Assembly (NCBI RefSeq): GCF_016026235.1
Contig: NZ_CP065613.1
Reading direction: 5' to 3' (one strand)
Length of the DNA stretch: 64,000 nt
DNA from: Escherichia coli
Lineage (GTDB): Bacteria > Pseudomonadota > Gammaproteobacteria > Enterobacterales > Enterobacteriaceae
The notes beneath the pieces are model-generated. The model did no database searches and was not told the origin of the DNA. It was given only the letters and a program-made list of their open reading frames with translations. Below are positions 24,613 through 35,326 of this stretch, piece after piece. Position 1 is the first letter of the stretch. The number at the start of each line of letters is the position of its first letter. Position numbers and translations under genes: made by a program.

Positions 24613-25830
24613 ATGAGTAGCGTAGATATTCTGGTCCCTGACCTGCCTGAATCCGTAGCCGATGCCACCGTCGCAACCTGGCATAAAAAACCCGGCGACG
24701 CAGTCGTACGTGATGAAGTGCTGGTAGAAATCGAAACTGACAAAGTGGTACTGGAAGTACCGGCATCAGCAGACGGCATTCTGGATGCGGTTCTGGAAGA
24801 TGAAGGTACAACGGTAACGTCTCGTCAGATCCTTGGTCGCCTGCGTGAAGGCAACAGCGCCGGTAAAGAAACCAGCGCCAAATCTGAAGAGAAAGCGTCC
24901 ACTCCGGCGCAACGCCAGCAGGCATCTCTGGAAGAGCAAAACAACGATGCGTTAAGCCCGGCGATCCGTCGCCTGCTGGCTGAACACAATCTCGACGCCA
25001 GCGCCATTAAAGGCACCGGTGTGGGTGGTCGTCTGACTCGTGAAGATGTGGAAAAACATCTGGCGAAAGCCCCGGCGAAAGAGTCTGCTCCGGCAGCGGC
25101 TGCTCCGGCGGCGCAACCGGCTCTGGCTGCACGTAGTGAAAAACGTGTCCCGATGACTCGCCTGCGTAAGCGTGTGGCAGAGCGTCTGCTGGAAGCGAAA
25201 AACTCCACCGCCATGCTGACCACGTTCAACGAAGTCAACATGAAGCCGATTATGGATCTGCGTAAGCAGTACGGTGAAGCGTTTGAAAAACGCCACGGCA
25301 TCCGTTTGGGCTTTATGTCCTTCTACGTGAAAGCGGTGGTTGAAGCCCTGAAACGTTACCCGGAAGTGAACGCGTCTATCGACGGCGATGACGTGGTTTA
25401 CCACAACTATTTCGACGTCAGCATGGCGGTTTCTACGCCGCGCGGCCTGGTGACGCCGGTATTGCGTGATGTCGATACCCTCGGCATGGCAGACATCGAG
25501 AAGAAAATCAAAGAGCTGGCAGTTAAAGGCCGTGACGGCAAGCTGACGGTTGAAGATCTGACCGGTGGTAACTTCACCATCACCAACGGTGGTGTGTTCG
25601 GTTCCCTGATGTCTACGCCGATCATCAACCCGCCGCAGAGCGCAATTCTGGGTATGCACGCTATCAAAGATCGTCCGATGGCGGTGAATGGTCAGGTTGA
25701 GATCCTGCCGATGATGTACCTGGCGCTGTCCTACGATCACCGTCTGATTGATGGTCGCGAATCCGTGGGCTTCCTGGTAACGATCAAAGAGTTGCTGGAA
25801 GATCCGACGCGTCTGCTGCTGGACGTGTAG
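24613..25830 (+). CDS. sucB: Dihydrolipoyllysine-residue succinyltransferase (E2 of 2-oxoglutarate dehydrogenase)
   Basis: 405-aa [52 protein letters not shown] (lipoyl domain), Ala/Pro-rich linker, catalytic domain with DHRLIDG. Confidence 0.97.
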
Positions 25831-25847
25831 TAGTTTAAGTTTCACCT

Positions 25848-26035
25848 GCACTGTAGACCGGATAAGACATTATCGCCTTCTCCGGCAATTGAAGCCTGAT
25901 GCGACGCTTAACGCGTCTTATCAGGCCTACGGGAAGCACCGATGTAGGTCGGATAAGGCGCTCGCGCCGCATCCGACAAGCGATGCCAGATGCGACGCTT
26001 ACACGTCTTATCAGGCCTACGGGTGACCGACAATA
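25848..26035. repeat. REP/BIME cluster between sucB and sucC
   Basis: At least four palindromic units (gcctgatgcgacgcttaacgcgtcttatcaggcctac, gtaggtcggataaggcgctcgcgccgcatccgac, and others) within about 190 bp. Confidence 0.8.
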
Positions 26036-26105
26036 CCCGGAAGCGATACGAAATATTCGGTCTACGGTTTAAAAGATAACGATTACTGAAGGATGGACAG
26101 AACAC

Positions 26106-27272
26106 ATGAACTTACATGAATATCAGGCAAAACAACTTTTTGCCCGCTATGGCTTACCAGCACCGGTGGGTTATGCCTGTACTACTCCGCGCGAAGCAGA
26201 AGAAGCCGCTTCAAAAATCGGTGCCGGTCCGTGGGTAGTGAAATGTCAGGTTCACGCTGGTGGCCGCGGTAAAGCGGGCGGTGTGAAAGTTGTAAACAGT
26301 AAAGAAGACATCCGTGCTTTTGCAGAAAACTGGCTGGGCAAGCGTCTGGTAACGTATCAAACAGATGCCAATGGCCAACCGGTTAACCAGATTCTGGTTG
26401 AAGCGGCGACCGATATCGCTAAAGAGCTGTATCTCGGTGCCGTTGTAGACCGTAGTTCCCGTCGTGTGGTCTTTATGGCCTCCACCGAAGGCGGCGTGGA
26501 AATCGAAAAAGTGGCGGAAGAAACTCCGCACCTGATCCACAAAGTTGCGCTTGATCCGCTGACTGGCCCGATGCCGTATCAGGGACGCGAGCTGGCGTTC
26601 AAACTGGGTCTGGAAGGTAAACTGGTTCAGCAGTTCACCAAAATCTTCATGGGCCTGGCGACCATTTTCCTGGAGCGCGACCTGGCGTTGATCGAAATCA
26701 ACCCGCTGGTCATCACCAAACAGGGCGATCTGATTTGCCTCGACGGCAAACTGGGCGCTGATGGCAACGCACTGTTCCGCCAGCCTGATCTGCGCGAAAT
26801 GCGTGACCAGTCGCAGGAAGATCCACGTGAAGCACAGGCTGCACAGTGGGAACTGAACTACGTTGCGCTGGACGGTAACATCGGTTGTATGGTTAACGGC
26901 GCAGGTCTGGCGATGGGTACGATGGACATCGTTAAACTGCACGGCGGCGAACCAGCTAACTTCCTTGACGTTGGCGGCGGCGCAACCAAAGAACGTGTAA
27001 CCGAAGCGTTCAAAATCATCCTCTCTGACGACAAAGTGAAAGCCGTTCTGGTTAACATCTTCGGCGGTATCGTTCGTTGCGACCTGATCGCTGACGGAAT
27101 CATCGGCGCGGTAGCGGAAGTGGGTGTTAACGTACCGGTCGTGGTACGTCTGGAAGGTAACAACGCCGAACTCGGCGCGAAGAAACTGGCTGACAGCGGC
27201 CTGAATATTATTGCAGCAAAAGGTCTGACGGATGCAGCTCAGCAGGTTGTTGCCGCAGTGGAGGGGAAATAA
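26106..27272 (+). CDS. sucC: Succinyl-CoA ligase (ADP-forming) beta subunit
   Basis: 388-aa [66 protein letters not shown]... Confidence 0.97.
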
Positions 27273-28141
27273 TGTCCATTTTAATTGATAAAAACACCAA
27301 GGTTATCTGCCAGGGCTTTACCGGTAGCCAGGGGACTTTCCACTCAGAACAGGCTATTGCATACGGCACTAAAATGGTTGGCGGCGTAACCCCAGGTAAA
27401 GGCGGCACCACCCACCTCGGCCTGCCGGTGTTCAACACCGTGCGTGAAGCTGTTGCTGCTACTGGCGCTACCGCTTCTGTTATCTACGTACCAGCACCGT
27501 TCTGCAAAGACTCCATTCTGGAAGCCATCGATGCAGGCATCAAACTGATTATCACCATCACTGAAGGCATCCCGACGCTGGATATGCTGACCGTGAAAGT
27601 GAAGCTGGATGAAGCAGGCGTTCGTATGATCGGCCCGAACTGCCCAGGCGTTATCACTCCGGGTGAATGCAAAATCGGTATCCAGCCTGGTCACATTCAC
27701 AAACCGGGTAAAGTGGGTATCGTTTCCCGTTCCGGTACACTGACCTATGAAGCGGTTAAACAGACCACGGATTACGGTTTCGGTCAGTCGACCTGTGTCG
27801 GTATCGGCGGTGACCCGATCCCGGGCTCTAACTTTATCGACATTCTCGAAATGTTCGAAAAAGATCCGCAGACCGAAGCGATCGTGATGATCGGTGAGAT
27901 CGGCGGTAGCGCTGAAGAAGAAGCTGCTGCGTACATCAAAGAGCACGTTACCAAGCCAGTTGTGGGTTACATCGCTGGTGTGACTGCGCCGAAAGGCAAA
28001 CGTATGGGCCACGCGGGTGCCATCATTGCCGGTGGGAAAGGGACTGCGGATGAGAAATTCGCTGCTCTGGAAGCTGCAGGCGTGAAAACCGTTCGCAGCC
28101 TGGCGGATATCGGTGAAGCACTGAAAACTGTTCTGAAATAA
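27272..28141 (+). CDS. sucD: Succinyl-CoA ligase (ADP-forming) alpha subunit
   Basis: 289-aa [48 protein letters not shown]...; start overlaps sucC stop. Confidence 0.97.
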
Positions 28142-28214
28142 ATATCTGTAATAAGAAATAGCCCTCGCCGCTTCCCTCTACAGGAATGGCGAAGGGCTGT
28201 CGGTTTCGACATGG
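28142..28214 (+). ncRNA. sdhX: 5' portion of the sucD 3'-UTR sRNA region (SdhX/RybD), cut off from its terminator by IS1
   Basis: Begins right after the sucD stop and contains the hairpin gccctcgccgcttccctctacaggaatggcgaagggc; in uninterrupted loci this region runs on to the terminator now found at 28994-29018. Assignment rests on my memory of SdhX position, not on a covariance model. Confidence 0.4.
28206..28214. repeat. Left copy of the 9-bp IS1 target-site duplication (tcgacatgg)
   Basis: Identical 9-mer recurs at 28983-28991, immediately flanking both IS1 ends. Confidence 0.85.
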
Positions 28215-28269
28215 GGTAATGCTGCCAACTTACTGATTTAGTGTATGATGGTGATTTTAAGGTGCTTGC

Positions 28270-28545
28270 GTGGCTTCCATTTCCATCAGATGTCCTTCCT
28301 GCTCCGCTACTGAAGGCGTGGTGCGTAACGGCAAAAGCACTGCCGGACATCAGCGCTATCTCTGCTCTCATTGCCGTAAAACATGGCAACTACAGTTCAC
28401 TTACACCGCCTCTCAGCCCGGTACGCACCAGAAAATCATTGATATGGCCATGAATGGCGTCGGATGTCGCGCCAGTGCACGCATTATGGGCGTTGGCCTC
28501 AACACGGTTTTACGTCACTTAAAAAACTCAGGCCGCAGTCGGTAA
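28270..28545 (+). CDS. insA: IS1 InsA (transposition repressor; N-terminal part of the InsAB' transposase)
   Basis: 91-aa [43 protein letters not shown]... (zinc-finger and HTH). Confidence 0.93.
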   Translation: MASISIRCPSCSATEGVVRNGKSTAGHQRYLCSHCRKTWQLQFTYTASQPGTHQKIIDMAMNGVGCRASARIMGVGLNTVLRHLKNSGRSR

Positions 28546-28967
28546 CCTCGCGCATACAACCGGGCAGTGATGTGATTGTCTGCGCTGAAATGGACGAACA
28601 GTGGGGCTACGTCGGTGCTAAATCACGTCAGCGCTGGCTGTTTTACGCGTATGACAGGATACGGAGGACGGTTGTGGCGCACGTCTTCGGTGAACGCACT
28701 CTGGCCACACTGGAGCGTCTTCTGAGCCTGCTGTCGGCCTTTGAGGTCGTGGTATGGATGACGGATGGCTGGCCGCTGTATGAATCACGCCTGAAGGGAA
28801 AGCTGCACGTTATCAGCAAGCGTTACACTCAGCGCATTGAGCGACATAATCTGAATCTGAGACAACATCTGGCAAGGCTGGGACGGAAGTCACTGTCGTT
28901 CTCAAAATCGGTGGAGCTGCATGACAAGGTCATCGGGCATTATCTGAACATAAAACACTATCAGTAA
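28464..28967 (+). CDS. insB: IS1 InsB reading frame (expressed as the InsAB' transposase by -1 frameshift)
   Basis: 167-aa ORF in the -1 frame relative to insA, overlapping it; slippery ttaaaaaactc motif near 28520-28530. Confidence 0.9.
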   Translation: MSRQCTHYGRWPQHGFTSLKKLRPQSVTSRIQPGSDVIVCAEMDEQWGYVGAKSRQRWLFYAYDRIRRTVVAHVFGERTLATLERLLSLLSAFEVVVWMTDGWPLYESRLKGKLHVISKRYTQRIERHNLNLRQHLARLGRKSLSFSKSVELHDKVIGHYLNIKHYQ

Positions 28968-28982
28968 GTTGGAGTCATTACC

Positions 28983-28991
28983 TCGACATGG
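28983..28991. repeat. Right copy of the 9-bp IS1 target-site duplication (tcgacatgg)
   Basis: Identical to 28206-28214. Confidence 0.85.
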
Positions 28992-28993
28992 TT

Positions 28994-29018
28994 GGCCATC
29001 GTATGATGGCCTTTTTTG
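28994..29018. terminator. Native sucD/SdhX intrinsic terminator, now downstream of IS1; bidirectional with mngR
   Basis: Hairpin ggccatcgtatgatggcc followed by TTTTTT; lies 4 nt before the mngR stop on the opposite strand. Confidence 0.7.
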
Positions 29019-29021
29019 TGC

Positions 29022-29744
29022 TTATCGCGATGATTTTCGCTGCGCTATCAGGGTAAATTTATAGTCATCGGTATTAAAAGCGTTGCGGCTATATTCAAAC
29101 ACCCGACCATCAACTAAATATCCACGCGATACTTTTTCAAGAATCGGCTTTGTCTGGCTGATATTAAGCAGACGGCTCATCTCTTCGGTTGGCATCAGAG
29201 GAATGATTTCCTGTTCGCTACGATCGATAACCATCTTCTTCACTTCTTCAATAAAGTGATATTTCGAATTTTCCATGACCTGCCAGGTGAGATCCGGGAA
29301 CAACGCAAGCGGCATCCAGGTTTCTTCCAGCGCCATTGGCTTTTGCTTGCGATAGCGCACGCGCTTCACATGCCACACACGATCCTGCGCGGTGATTTGT
29401 AGCTGTTGCTGAAGAAAATCGTCAGCCGGAATCACTTCAAATATCAGGACTTCACTGTGTGTATCGACGTGACGGTCCGACAGTTTTTCATCAAAACTGG
29501 TTAACTGAAAAATATCGTAATTGACCCGCTCTTCTTTGACGTAAGTCCCGCTGCCCTGAATGCTTTCGAGGATCTGTTGCTCGACTAACTGGCGCAAAGC
29601 CTGACGCACCGTAACCCGGCTGACGCCAAACTCTGTTTGTAATGCCGATTCGGTAGGTAACGCATCGCCAGGTTTAAGCTCGCCACGCGCAATTTGTTCA
29701 CGAATGCGATCGGCAATCTGCCGGTATAAGGGCTTGTGTCCCAT
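29022..29744 (-). CDS. mngR: GntR/HutC-family transcriptional repressor of the mannosyl-D-glycerate operon
   Basis: 240-aa ORF MGHKPLYRQIADRIREQIARGELKPGDALPTESALQTEFGVSRVTVRQALRQL (winged HTH) plus UTRA effector domain. Confidence 0.92.
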   Translation of the reverse strand: MGHKPLYRQIADRIREQIARGELKPGDALPTESALQTEFGVSRVTVRQALRQLVEQQILESIQGSGTYVKEERVNYDIFQLTSFDEKLSDRHVDTHSEVLIFEVIPADDFLQQQLQITAQDRVWHVKRVRYRKQKPMALEETWMPLALFPDLTWQVMENSKYHFIEEVKKMVIDRSEQEIIPLMPTEEMSRLLNISQTKPILEKVSRGYLVDGRVFEYSRNAFNTDDYKFTLIAQRKSSR

Positions 29745-29852
29745 TTTTAGTATCTCATTAATACGAATTTAGCCATTATGCCCGATAAATTCATCCTGTA
29801 AATAATACAAATACAATACAAATAATTTCAATCAAGTGAAATTGATCACATA

Positions 29853-31829
29853 ATGGTATTGTTTTATCGGGCACACTGGCGCGACTATAAAAACGATCAA
29901 GTGAGGATCATGATGAATCTGACGACTCTGACCCACCGCGATGCGTTGTGTCTGAATGCGCGCTTTACCAGCCGTGAAGAGGCCATCCACGCGTTGACTC
30001 AACGTCTTGCTGCTCTGGGGAAAATTTCCAGTACTGAGCAATTTCTGGAAGAAGTGTATCGCCGTGAAAGCCTTGGCCCGACCGCCTTAGGTGAAGGGTT
30101 GGCTGTGCCGCATGGCAAAACTGCTGCGGTAAAAGAAGCGGCGTTTGCGGTCGCCACACTCAGCGAGCCGCTTCAGTGGGAAGGCGTGGATGGCCCGGAA
30201 GCGGTTGATTTAGTGGTGTTGCTGGCGATTCCCCCCAATGAAGCGGGTACTACGCACATGCAACTGCTGACAGCGCTGACCACGCGCCTGGCTGATGATG
30301 AGATCAGGGCGCGTATACAGTCGGCGACGACGCCTGATGAATTGCTCTCGGCGCTGGATGACAAGGGAGGCTCGCAACCTTCTGCCTCTTTTTCCAACGC
30401 GCCAACTATCGTTTGCGTAACGGCCTGTCCGGCGGGTATTGCTCACACCTATATGGCTGCGGAATATCTGGAAAAAGCCGGACGCAAACTCGGCGTAAAT
30501 GTTTACGTTGAAAAACAAGGTGCTAACGGCATTGAAGGGCGTTTAACGGCGGATCAACTCAATAGTGCAACCGCCTGTATTTTTGCGGCTGAAGTCGCCA
30601 TCAAGGAGAGTGAGCGTTTTAATGGCATTCCCGCGCTTTCAGTGCCTGTTGCCGAGCCGATTCGCCATGCAGAAGCGTTGATCCAACAAGCGCTTACCCT
30701 CAAGCGTAGCGATGAGACGCGTACCGTACAGCAAGATACGCAACCGGTGAAAAGTGTCAAAACGGAGCTGAAACAGGCACTGTTGAGCGGAATCTCTTTT
30801 GCCGTACCGTTGATTGTCGCGGGGGGCACGGTGCTGGCGGTTGCAGTATTACTGTCGCAAATCTTCGGGCTACAAGATTTGTTTAATGAAGAAAACTCCT
30901 GGCTGTGGATGTACCGCAAACTGGGCGGCGGGATGCTCGGGATTTTGATGGTGCCGGTGCTCGCGGCCTATACCGCCTATTCACTGGGTGATAAACCGGC
31001 GTTAGCGCCAGGCTTTGCGGCTGGACTTGCCGCCAACATGATCGGTTCCGGGTTTCTCGGCGCGGTCGTTGGCGGATTGATAGCCGGTTACTTGATGCGC
31101 TGGGTGAAAAATCACTTGCGTCTTAGCAGTAAATTCAATGGCTTCCTGACTTTTTATCTCTACCCGGTGCTCGGTACATTGGGAGCGGGCAGTCTGATGC
31201 TGTTTGTGGTGGGGGAACCTGTCGCCTGGATCAATAACTCGCTTACCGCCTGGCTGAACGGTCTGTCAGGAAGTAACGCGCTGTTGCTGGGTGCCATTCT
31301 CGGTTTTATGTGTTCCTTTGACCTTGGAGGGCCAGTGAATAAAGCCGCTTATGCATTCTGCCTGGGCGCAATGGCGAACGGCGTTTACGGCCCGTATGCC
31401 ATTTTCGCCTCCGTCAAAATGGTTTCGGCATTTACCGTAACCGCTTCCACGATGCTCGCACCGCGCCTGTTTAAAGAGTTTGAAATTGAGACCGGGAAAT
31501 CCACCTGGCTGTTAGGGCTGGCAGGTATTACCGAAGGGGCGATCCCGATGGCGATTGAAGATCCGCTGCGGGTTATTGGTTCGTTTGTGCTGGGCTCTAT
31601 GGTAACGGGCGCTATTGTCGGTGCGATGAATATCGGCCTTTCGACACCCGGTGCCGGCATTTTCTCGCTCTTTTTACTTCATGATAATGGCGCGGGCGGT
31701 GTTATGGCGGCAATTGGCTGGTTTGGCGCGGCATTGGTGGGGGCTGCAATCTCGACTGCAATTCTCCTGATGTGGCGGCGTCACGCGGTTAAGCATGGCA
31801 ACTATCTGACTGATGGCGTAATGCCATAA
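29853..31829 (+). CDS. mngA: PTS 2-O-alpha-mannosyl-D-glycerate-specific EIIABC component
   Basis: 658-aa ORF with N-terminal EIIA-like domain, EIIB Cys motif ([16 protein letters not shown]) and a large membrane EIIC domain. Confidence 0.9.
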   Translation: MVLFYRAHWRDYKNDQVRIMMNLTTLTHRDALCLNARFTSREEAIHALTQRLAALGKISSTEQFLEEVYRRESLGPTALGEGLAVPHGKTAAVKEAAFAVATLSEPLQWEGVDGPEAVDLVVLLAIPPNEAGTTHMQLLTALTTRLADDEIRARIQSATTPDELLSALDDKGGSQPSASFSNAPTIVCVTACPAGIAHTYMAAEYLEKAGRKLGVNVYVEKQGANGIEGRLTADQLNSATACIFAAEVAIKESERFNGIPALSVPVAEPIRHAEALIQQALTLKRSDETRTVQQDTQPVKSVKTELKQALLSGISFAVPLIVAGGTVLAVAVLLSQIFGLQDLFNEENSWLWMYRKLGGGMLGILMVPVLAAYTAYSLGDKPALAPGFAAGLAANMIGSGFLGAVVGGLIAGYLMRWVKNHLRLSSKFNGFLTFYLYPVLGTLGAGSLMLFVVGEPVAWINNSLTAWLNGLSGSNALLLGAILGFMCSFDLGGPVNKAAYAFCLGAMANGVYGPYAIFASVKMVSAFTVTASTMLAPRLFKEFEIETGKSTWLLGLAGITEGAIPMAIEDPLRVIGSFVLGSMVTGAIVGAMNIGLSTPGAGIFSLFLLHDNGAGGVMAAIGWFGAALVGAAISTAILLMWRRHAVKHGNYLTDGVMP

Positions 31830-31846
31830 ACAAAAAGGAAACGACG

Positions 31847-34480
31847 ATGAAAGCAGTATCTCGCGTTCACATCACCCCGCATATGCACTGGGATCGGGAG
31901 TGGTATTTCACCACCGAAGAGTCACGCATTCTGCTGGTCAATAATATGGAAGAGATCCTGTGCCGACTGGAACAGGACAACGAATACAAATATTACGTAC
32001 TCGACGGGCAAACGGCGATCCTCGAAGATTATTTCGCGGTGAAACCGGAAAACAAAGACCGCGTGAAGAAACAGGTAGAAGCCGGCAAGTTGATTATCGG
32101 CCCCTGGTATACCCAGACCGATACCACGATTGTTTCTGCGGAATCCATCGTCCGTAATCTGATGTACGGAATGCGTGACTGCCTCGCGTTTGGCGAGCCG
32201 ATGAAAATAGGTTATTTACCAGATTCCTTTGGCATGTCCGGGCAACTGCCGCATATCTACAATGGATTTGGCATTACCCGCACCATGTTCTGGCGCGGAT
32301 GTTCGGAGCGCCACGGTACTGATAAAACCGAGTTTTTGTGGCAAAGCAGTGACGGTAGCGAAGTGACGGCGCAGGTGCTGCCGCTGGGCTACGCCATCGG
32401 TAAGTACTTACCTGCCGACGAAAACGGATTACGTAAACGCCTCGACAGTTATTTTGACGTGCTGGAAAAAGCGTCTGTAACCAAAGAGATTTTGCTGCCG
32501 AATGGTCATGACCAGATGCCATTGCAGCAAAATATCTTCGAAGTGATGGATAAGCTACGTGAGATCTACCCTCAACGTAAGTTTGTGATGAGCCGCTTTG
32601 AAGAGGTATTTGAGAAGATCGAAGCGCAGCGTGAAAGTCTGGCCACCCTGAAAGGTGAATTTATCGATGGCAAATATATGCGCGTACATCGCACCATCGG
32701 TTCCACGCGCATGGATATCAAAATTGCCCACGCACGTATTGAAAATAAGATTGTTAATCTGCTGGAACCGCTGGCAACGCTGGCCTGGACGTTGGGTTTT
32801 GAATACCACCACGGCTTGCTGGAGAAAATGTGGAAAGAGATCTTAAAAAATCATGCCCACGACAGTATCGGTTGTTGTTGCAGTGACAAAGTTCATCGCG
32901 AAATTGTCGCCCGCTTCGAACTGGCTGAAGACATGGCGGATAATCTGCTGCGTTTCTACATGCGCAAAATTGCCGATAACATGCCACAGAGTGATGCCGA
33001 CAAACTCGTGCTGTTTAACCTGATGCCCTGGCCGCGGGAAGAAGTTATTAACACCACTGTGCGGCTGCGCGCCAGCCAGTTTAATCTACGAGACGATCGC
33101 GGTCAGCCTGTACCGTATTTTATTCGCCATGCCCGTGAGATCGATCCAGGCCTAATCGATCGGCAAATAGTTCATTACGGTAATTACGATCCCTTTATGG
33201 AGTTTGATATACAGATCAACCAGATTGTCCCTTCTATGGGCTATCGCACGCTTTATATCGAAGCGAATCAGCCTGGCAACGTGATTGCGGCAAAAAGTGA
33301 CGCTGAAGGGATACTGGAAAATGCTTTCTGGCAAATTGCGCTCAATGAGGATGGTTCTCTGCAACTGGTAGATAAAGACAGCGGTGTGCGCTATGACCGG
33401 GTATTGCAAATTGAAGAAAGCTCTGATGATGGTGATGAATATGACTATTCACCCGCAAAAGAAGAGTGGGTAATTACCGCAGCGAACGCGAAACCGCAAT
33501 GCGATATTATTCATGAAGCCTGGCAGAGCAGGGCTGTTATCCGCTATGACATGGCAGTGCCGCTCAATTTGTCAGAACGCAGCGCCCGGCAATCCACTGG
33601 CAGAGTAGGGGTGGTGTTGATTGTCACTCTTAGTCATAACAGCAGGCGTATTGATGTGGATATCAACCTTGATAACCAGGCTGACGATCATCGCCTTCGT
33701 GTCCTGGTCCCTACACCTTTTAACACCGACAGTGTTCTGGCAGATACGCAGTTTGGTTCGCTAACGCGCCCCGTGAACGACAGTGCAATAAACAACTGGC
33801 AGCAAGAAGGCTGGAAAGAAGCGCCGGTTCCGGTATGGAATATGCTCAACTATGTTGCCTTACAGGAAGGGCGTAACGGCATGGCTGTCTTTAGCGAAGG
33901 GTTACGTGAATTTGAAGTCATCGGTGAAGAGAAGAAAACCTTTGCCATTACGTTGCTGCGTGGCGTGGGCTTACTGGGCAAAGAAGATCTGCTTTTAAGG
34001 CCTGGGAGGCCTTCGGGAATTAAAATGCCAGTCCCGGACTCACAACTACGTGGTCTGCTTTTTTGTCGCCTAAGTTTATTGAGTTATACCGGTACGCCAA
34101 CCGCCGCTGGTGTAGCTCAGCAGGCGCGAGCATGGCTGACTCCAGTACAGTGTTACAACAAAATCCCATGGGATGCGATGAAGCTCAACAAAGCCGGATT
34201 CAACGTGCCGGAAAGTTATAGTTTGTTGAAAATGCCCCCAGTGGGATGCCTGATAAGCGCACTTAAGAAAGCTGAAGACCGACAAGAAGTGATTTTACGG
34301 CTGTTTAATCCGGCTGAATCAGCAACCTGTGATGCGACTGTTGCTTTCAGTCGCGAGGTGATTTCTTGCTCAGAAACGATGATGGATGAACACATTACCA
34401 CCGAGGAAAATCAAGGTTCAAATCTATCGGGGCCTTTTTTACCCGGCCAGTCACGGACGTTCAGTTACCGGCTTGCCTGA
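31847..34480 (+). CDS. mngB: Mannosylglycerate hydrolase (GH38 alpha-mannosidase)
   Basis: 877-aa [41 protein letters not shown]... (GH38 N-terminal metal-binding motif). Confidence 0.92.
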   Translation: MKAVSRVHITPHMHWDREWYFTTEESRILLVNNMEEILCRLEQDNEYKYYVLDGQTAILEDYFAVKPENKDRVKKQVEAGKLIIGPWYTQTDTTIVSAESIVRNLMYGMRDCLAFGEPMKIGYLPDSFGMSGQLPHIYNGFGITRTMFWRGCSERHGTDKTEFLWQSSDGSEVTAQVLPLGYAIGKYLPADENGLRKRLDSYFDVLEKASVTKEILLPNGHDQMPLQQNIFEVMDKLREIYPQRKFVMSRFEEVFEKIEAQRESLATLKGEFIDGKYMRVHRTIGSTRMDIKIAHARIENKIVNLLEPLATLAWTLGFEYHHGLLEKMWKEILKNHAHDSIGCCCSDKVHREIVARFELAEDMADNLLRFYMRKIADNMPQSDADKLVLFNLMPWPREEVINTTVRLRASQFNLRDDRGQPVPYFIRHAREIDPGLIDRQIVHYGNYDPFMEFDIQINQIVPSMGYRTLYIEANQPGNVIAAKSDAEGILENAFWQIALNEDGSLQLVDKDSGVRYDRVLQIEESSDDGDEYDYSPAKEEWVITAANAKPQCDIIHEAWQSRAVIRYDMAVPLNLSERSARQSTGRVGVVLIVTLSHNSRRIDVDINLDNQADDHRLRVLVPTPFNTDSVLADTQFGSLTRPVNDSAINNWQQEGWKEAPVPVWNMLNYVALQEGRNGMAVFSEGLREFEVIGEEKKTFAITLLRGVGLLGKEDLLLRPGRPSGIKMPVPDSQLRGLLFCRLSLLSYTGTPTAAGVAQQARAWLTPVQCYNKIPWDAMKLNKAGFNVPESYSLLKMPPVGCLISALKKAEDRQEVILRLFNPAESATCDATVAFSREVISCSETMMDEHITTEENQGSNLSGPFLPGQSRTFSYRLA

Positions 34481-34977
34481 ATAGCAATCAAACCGAAGCC
34501 ACATATGCGCGGCCAGATTGTTGACAAAGGGCGCTTTGTTCATGCCGGATACGGCATGAACGCTTTATTCGGTCTACAAAAGCAGGCAAATTCAATATAT
34601 TGCAGAGATGATGTAGACACTGGCAAGCGTAGTGCATCAGGTAATTTTGCGTTTATCTTCACTCTCAAGCCACGTATATGTGGCTTTATTTTTAACAAAA
34701 TAATAACCCTGGGTGAGTTAATTATAATATAATTATAAGTTAATTAAATGTTAATATTGGCGGGGTGGATTTATGCCTTTATTAGTAATCCTGAAACTCT
34801 GCGTCGTATTAGCCAGTGACCAAAAAAAGAATTAAGGTCAACCGTGCTGTTTTTGCTTCGTCTCTTTTTATCTTTAATTGCCAACCGAAACTAATTTCAG
34901 CCTTATAACTCACACATTTTAAACATAAATGTCACTAAAGTTACCTTATTGAAACATGATTAACATAATTTGTAGGA

Positions 34978-34991
34978 ATTGATATTTATCA
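34978..34991. promoter_or_regulatory. Perfect FNR/CRP-family palindrome TTGAT-ATTT-ATCAA in the cydA upstream region
   Basis: Exact match to TTGATnnnnATCAA about 340 nt upstream of the cydA start; cydAB is known to be FNR/ArcA regulated. Confidence 0.55.
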
Positions 34992-35326
34992 ATGTATAAG
35001 TCTTGGAAATGGGCATCAAAAAGAGATAAATTGTTCTCGATCAAATTAGCTGAAAGGCGGTAATTTAGCTATAAATTGATCACCGTCGAAAAATGCAAAT
35101 TTGCTTCAACAAAAACCTGTTTATTGTAAGGATTTTGCGGCGTAATATATACGTGGGATCAATTTGAGTTTTTATTAACATGTTTGCAACCTTTCTTTAC
35201 GCCGTTTTTGTGTGCATTCACATGGTATGATGAAAGTGTTCAAACAAATTTCTATTGGGGCATGCGTGTGACCCTTTCTAACGGGGTTCACTCTCGGAGT
35301 CTTCATGCGATGAGCAAGGAGTCATG

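Larger units (their letters stand above)
28215..28982 (+). mobile_element. Insertion sequence IS1 (768 bp, complete)
   Basis: Terminal inverted repeats ggtaatgctgccaacttactgat (left) and atcagtaagttggagtcattacc (right); insA and insB ORFs with the A-run frameshift site; 768 bp; perfect 9-bp direct repeats at both ends. Confidence 0.95.

Noticed and set aside
22499-24925. 808-aa minus-strand ORF antisense to sucA; similar long antisense ORFs at 18968..20665 (sdhA), 24952..25851 (sucB), 26211..26942 (sucC), 27344..28012 (sucD), 35735..36673 and 36800..38080 (cydA/cydB), 54696..55538 (galE)
   Set aside because: Each lies entirely inside a well-supported gene on the other strand and has a low-complexity, Arg/His/Gln-rich translation with no start context. 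Long stop-free antisense frames are an expected by-product of strong codon bias.
28215-28982. IS1 as part of a composite transposon carrying cargo
   Set aside because: Only one IS1 copy is present and it has a perfect 9-bp target duplication at both ends, indicating simple insertion; flanking genes are native sucD and mngR.
34505-34732. 75-aa ORF in the cydA upstream region
   Set aside because: No SD sequence, sits in a known regulatory region, composition unlike neighbouring genes; noted under findings only as a remote possibility.
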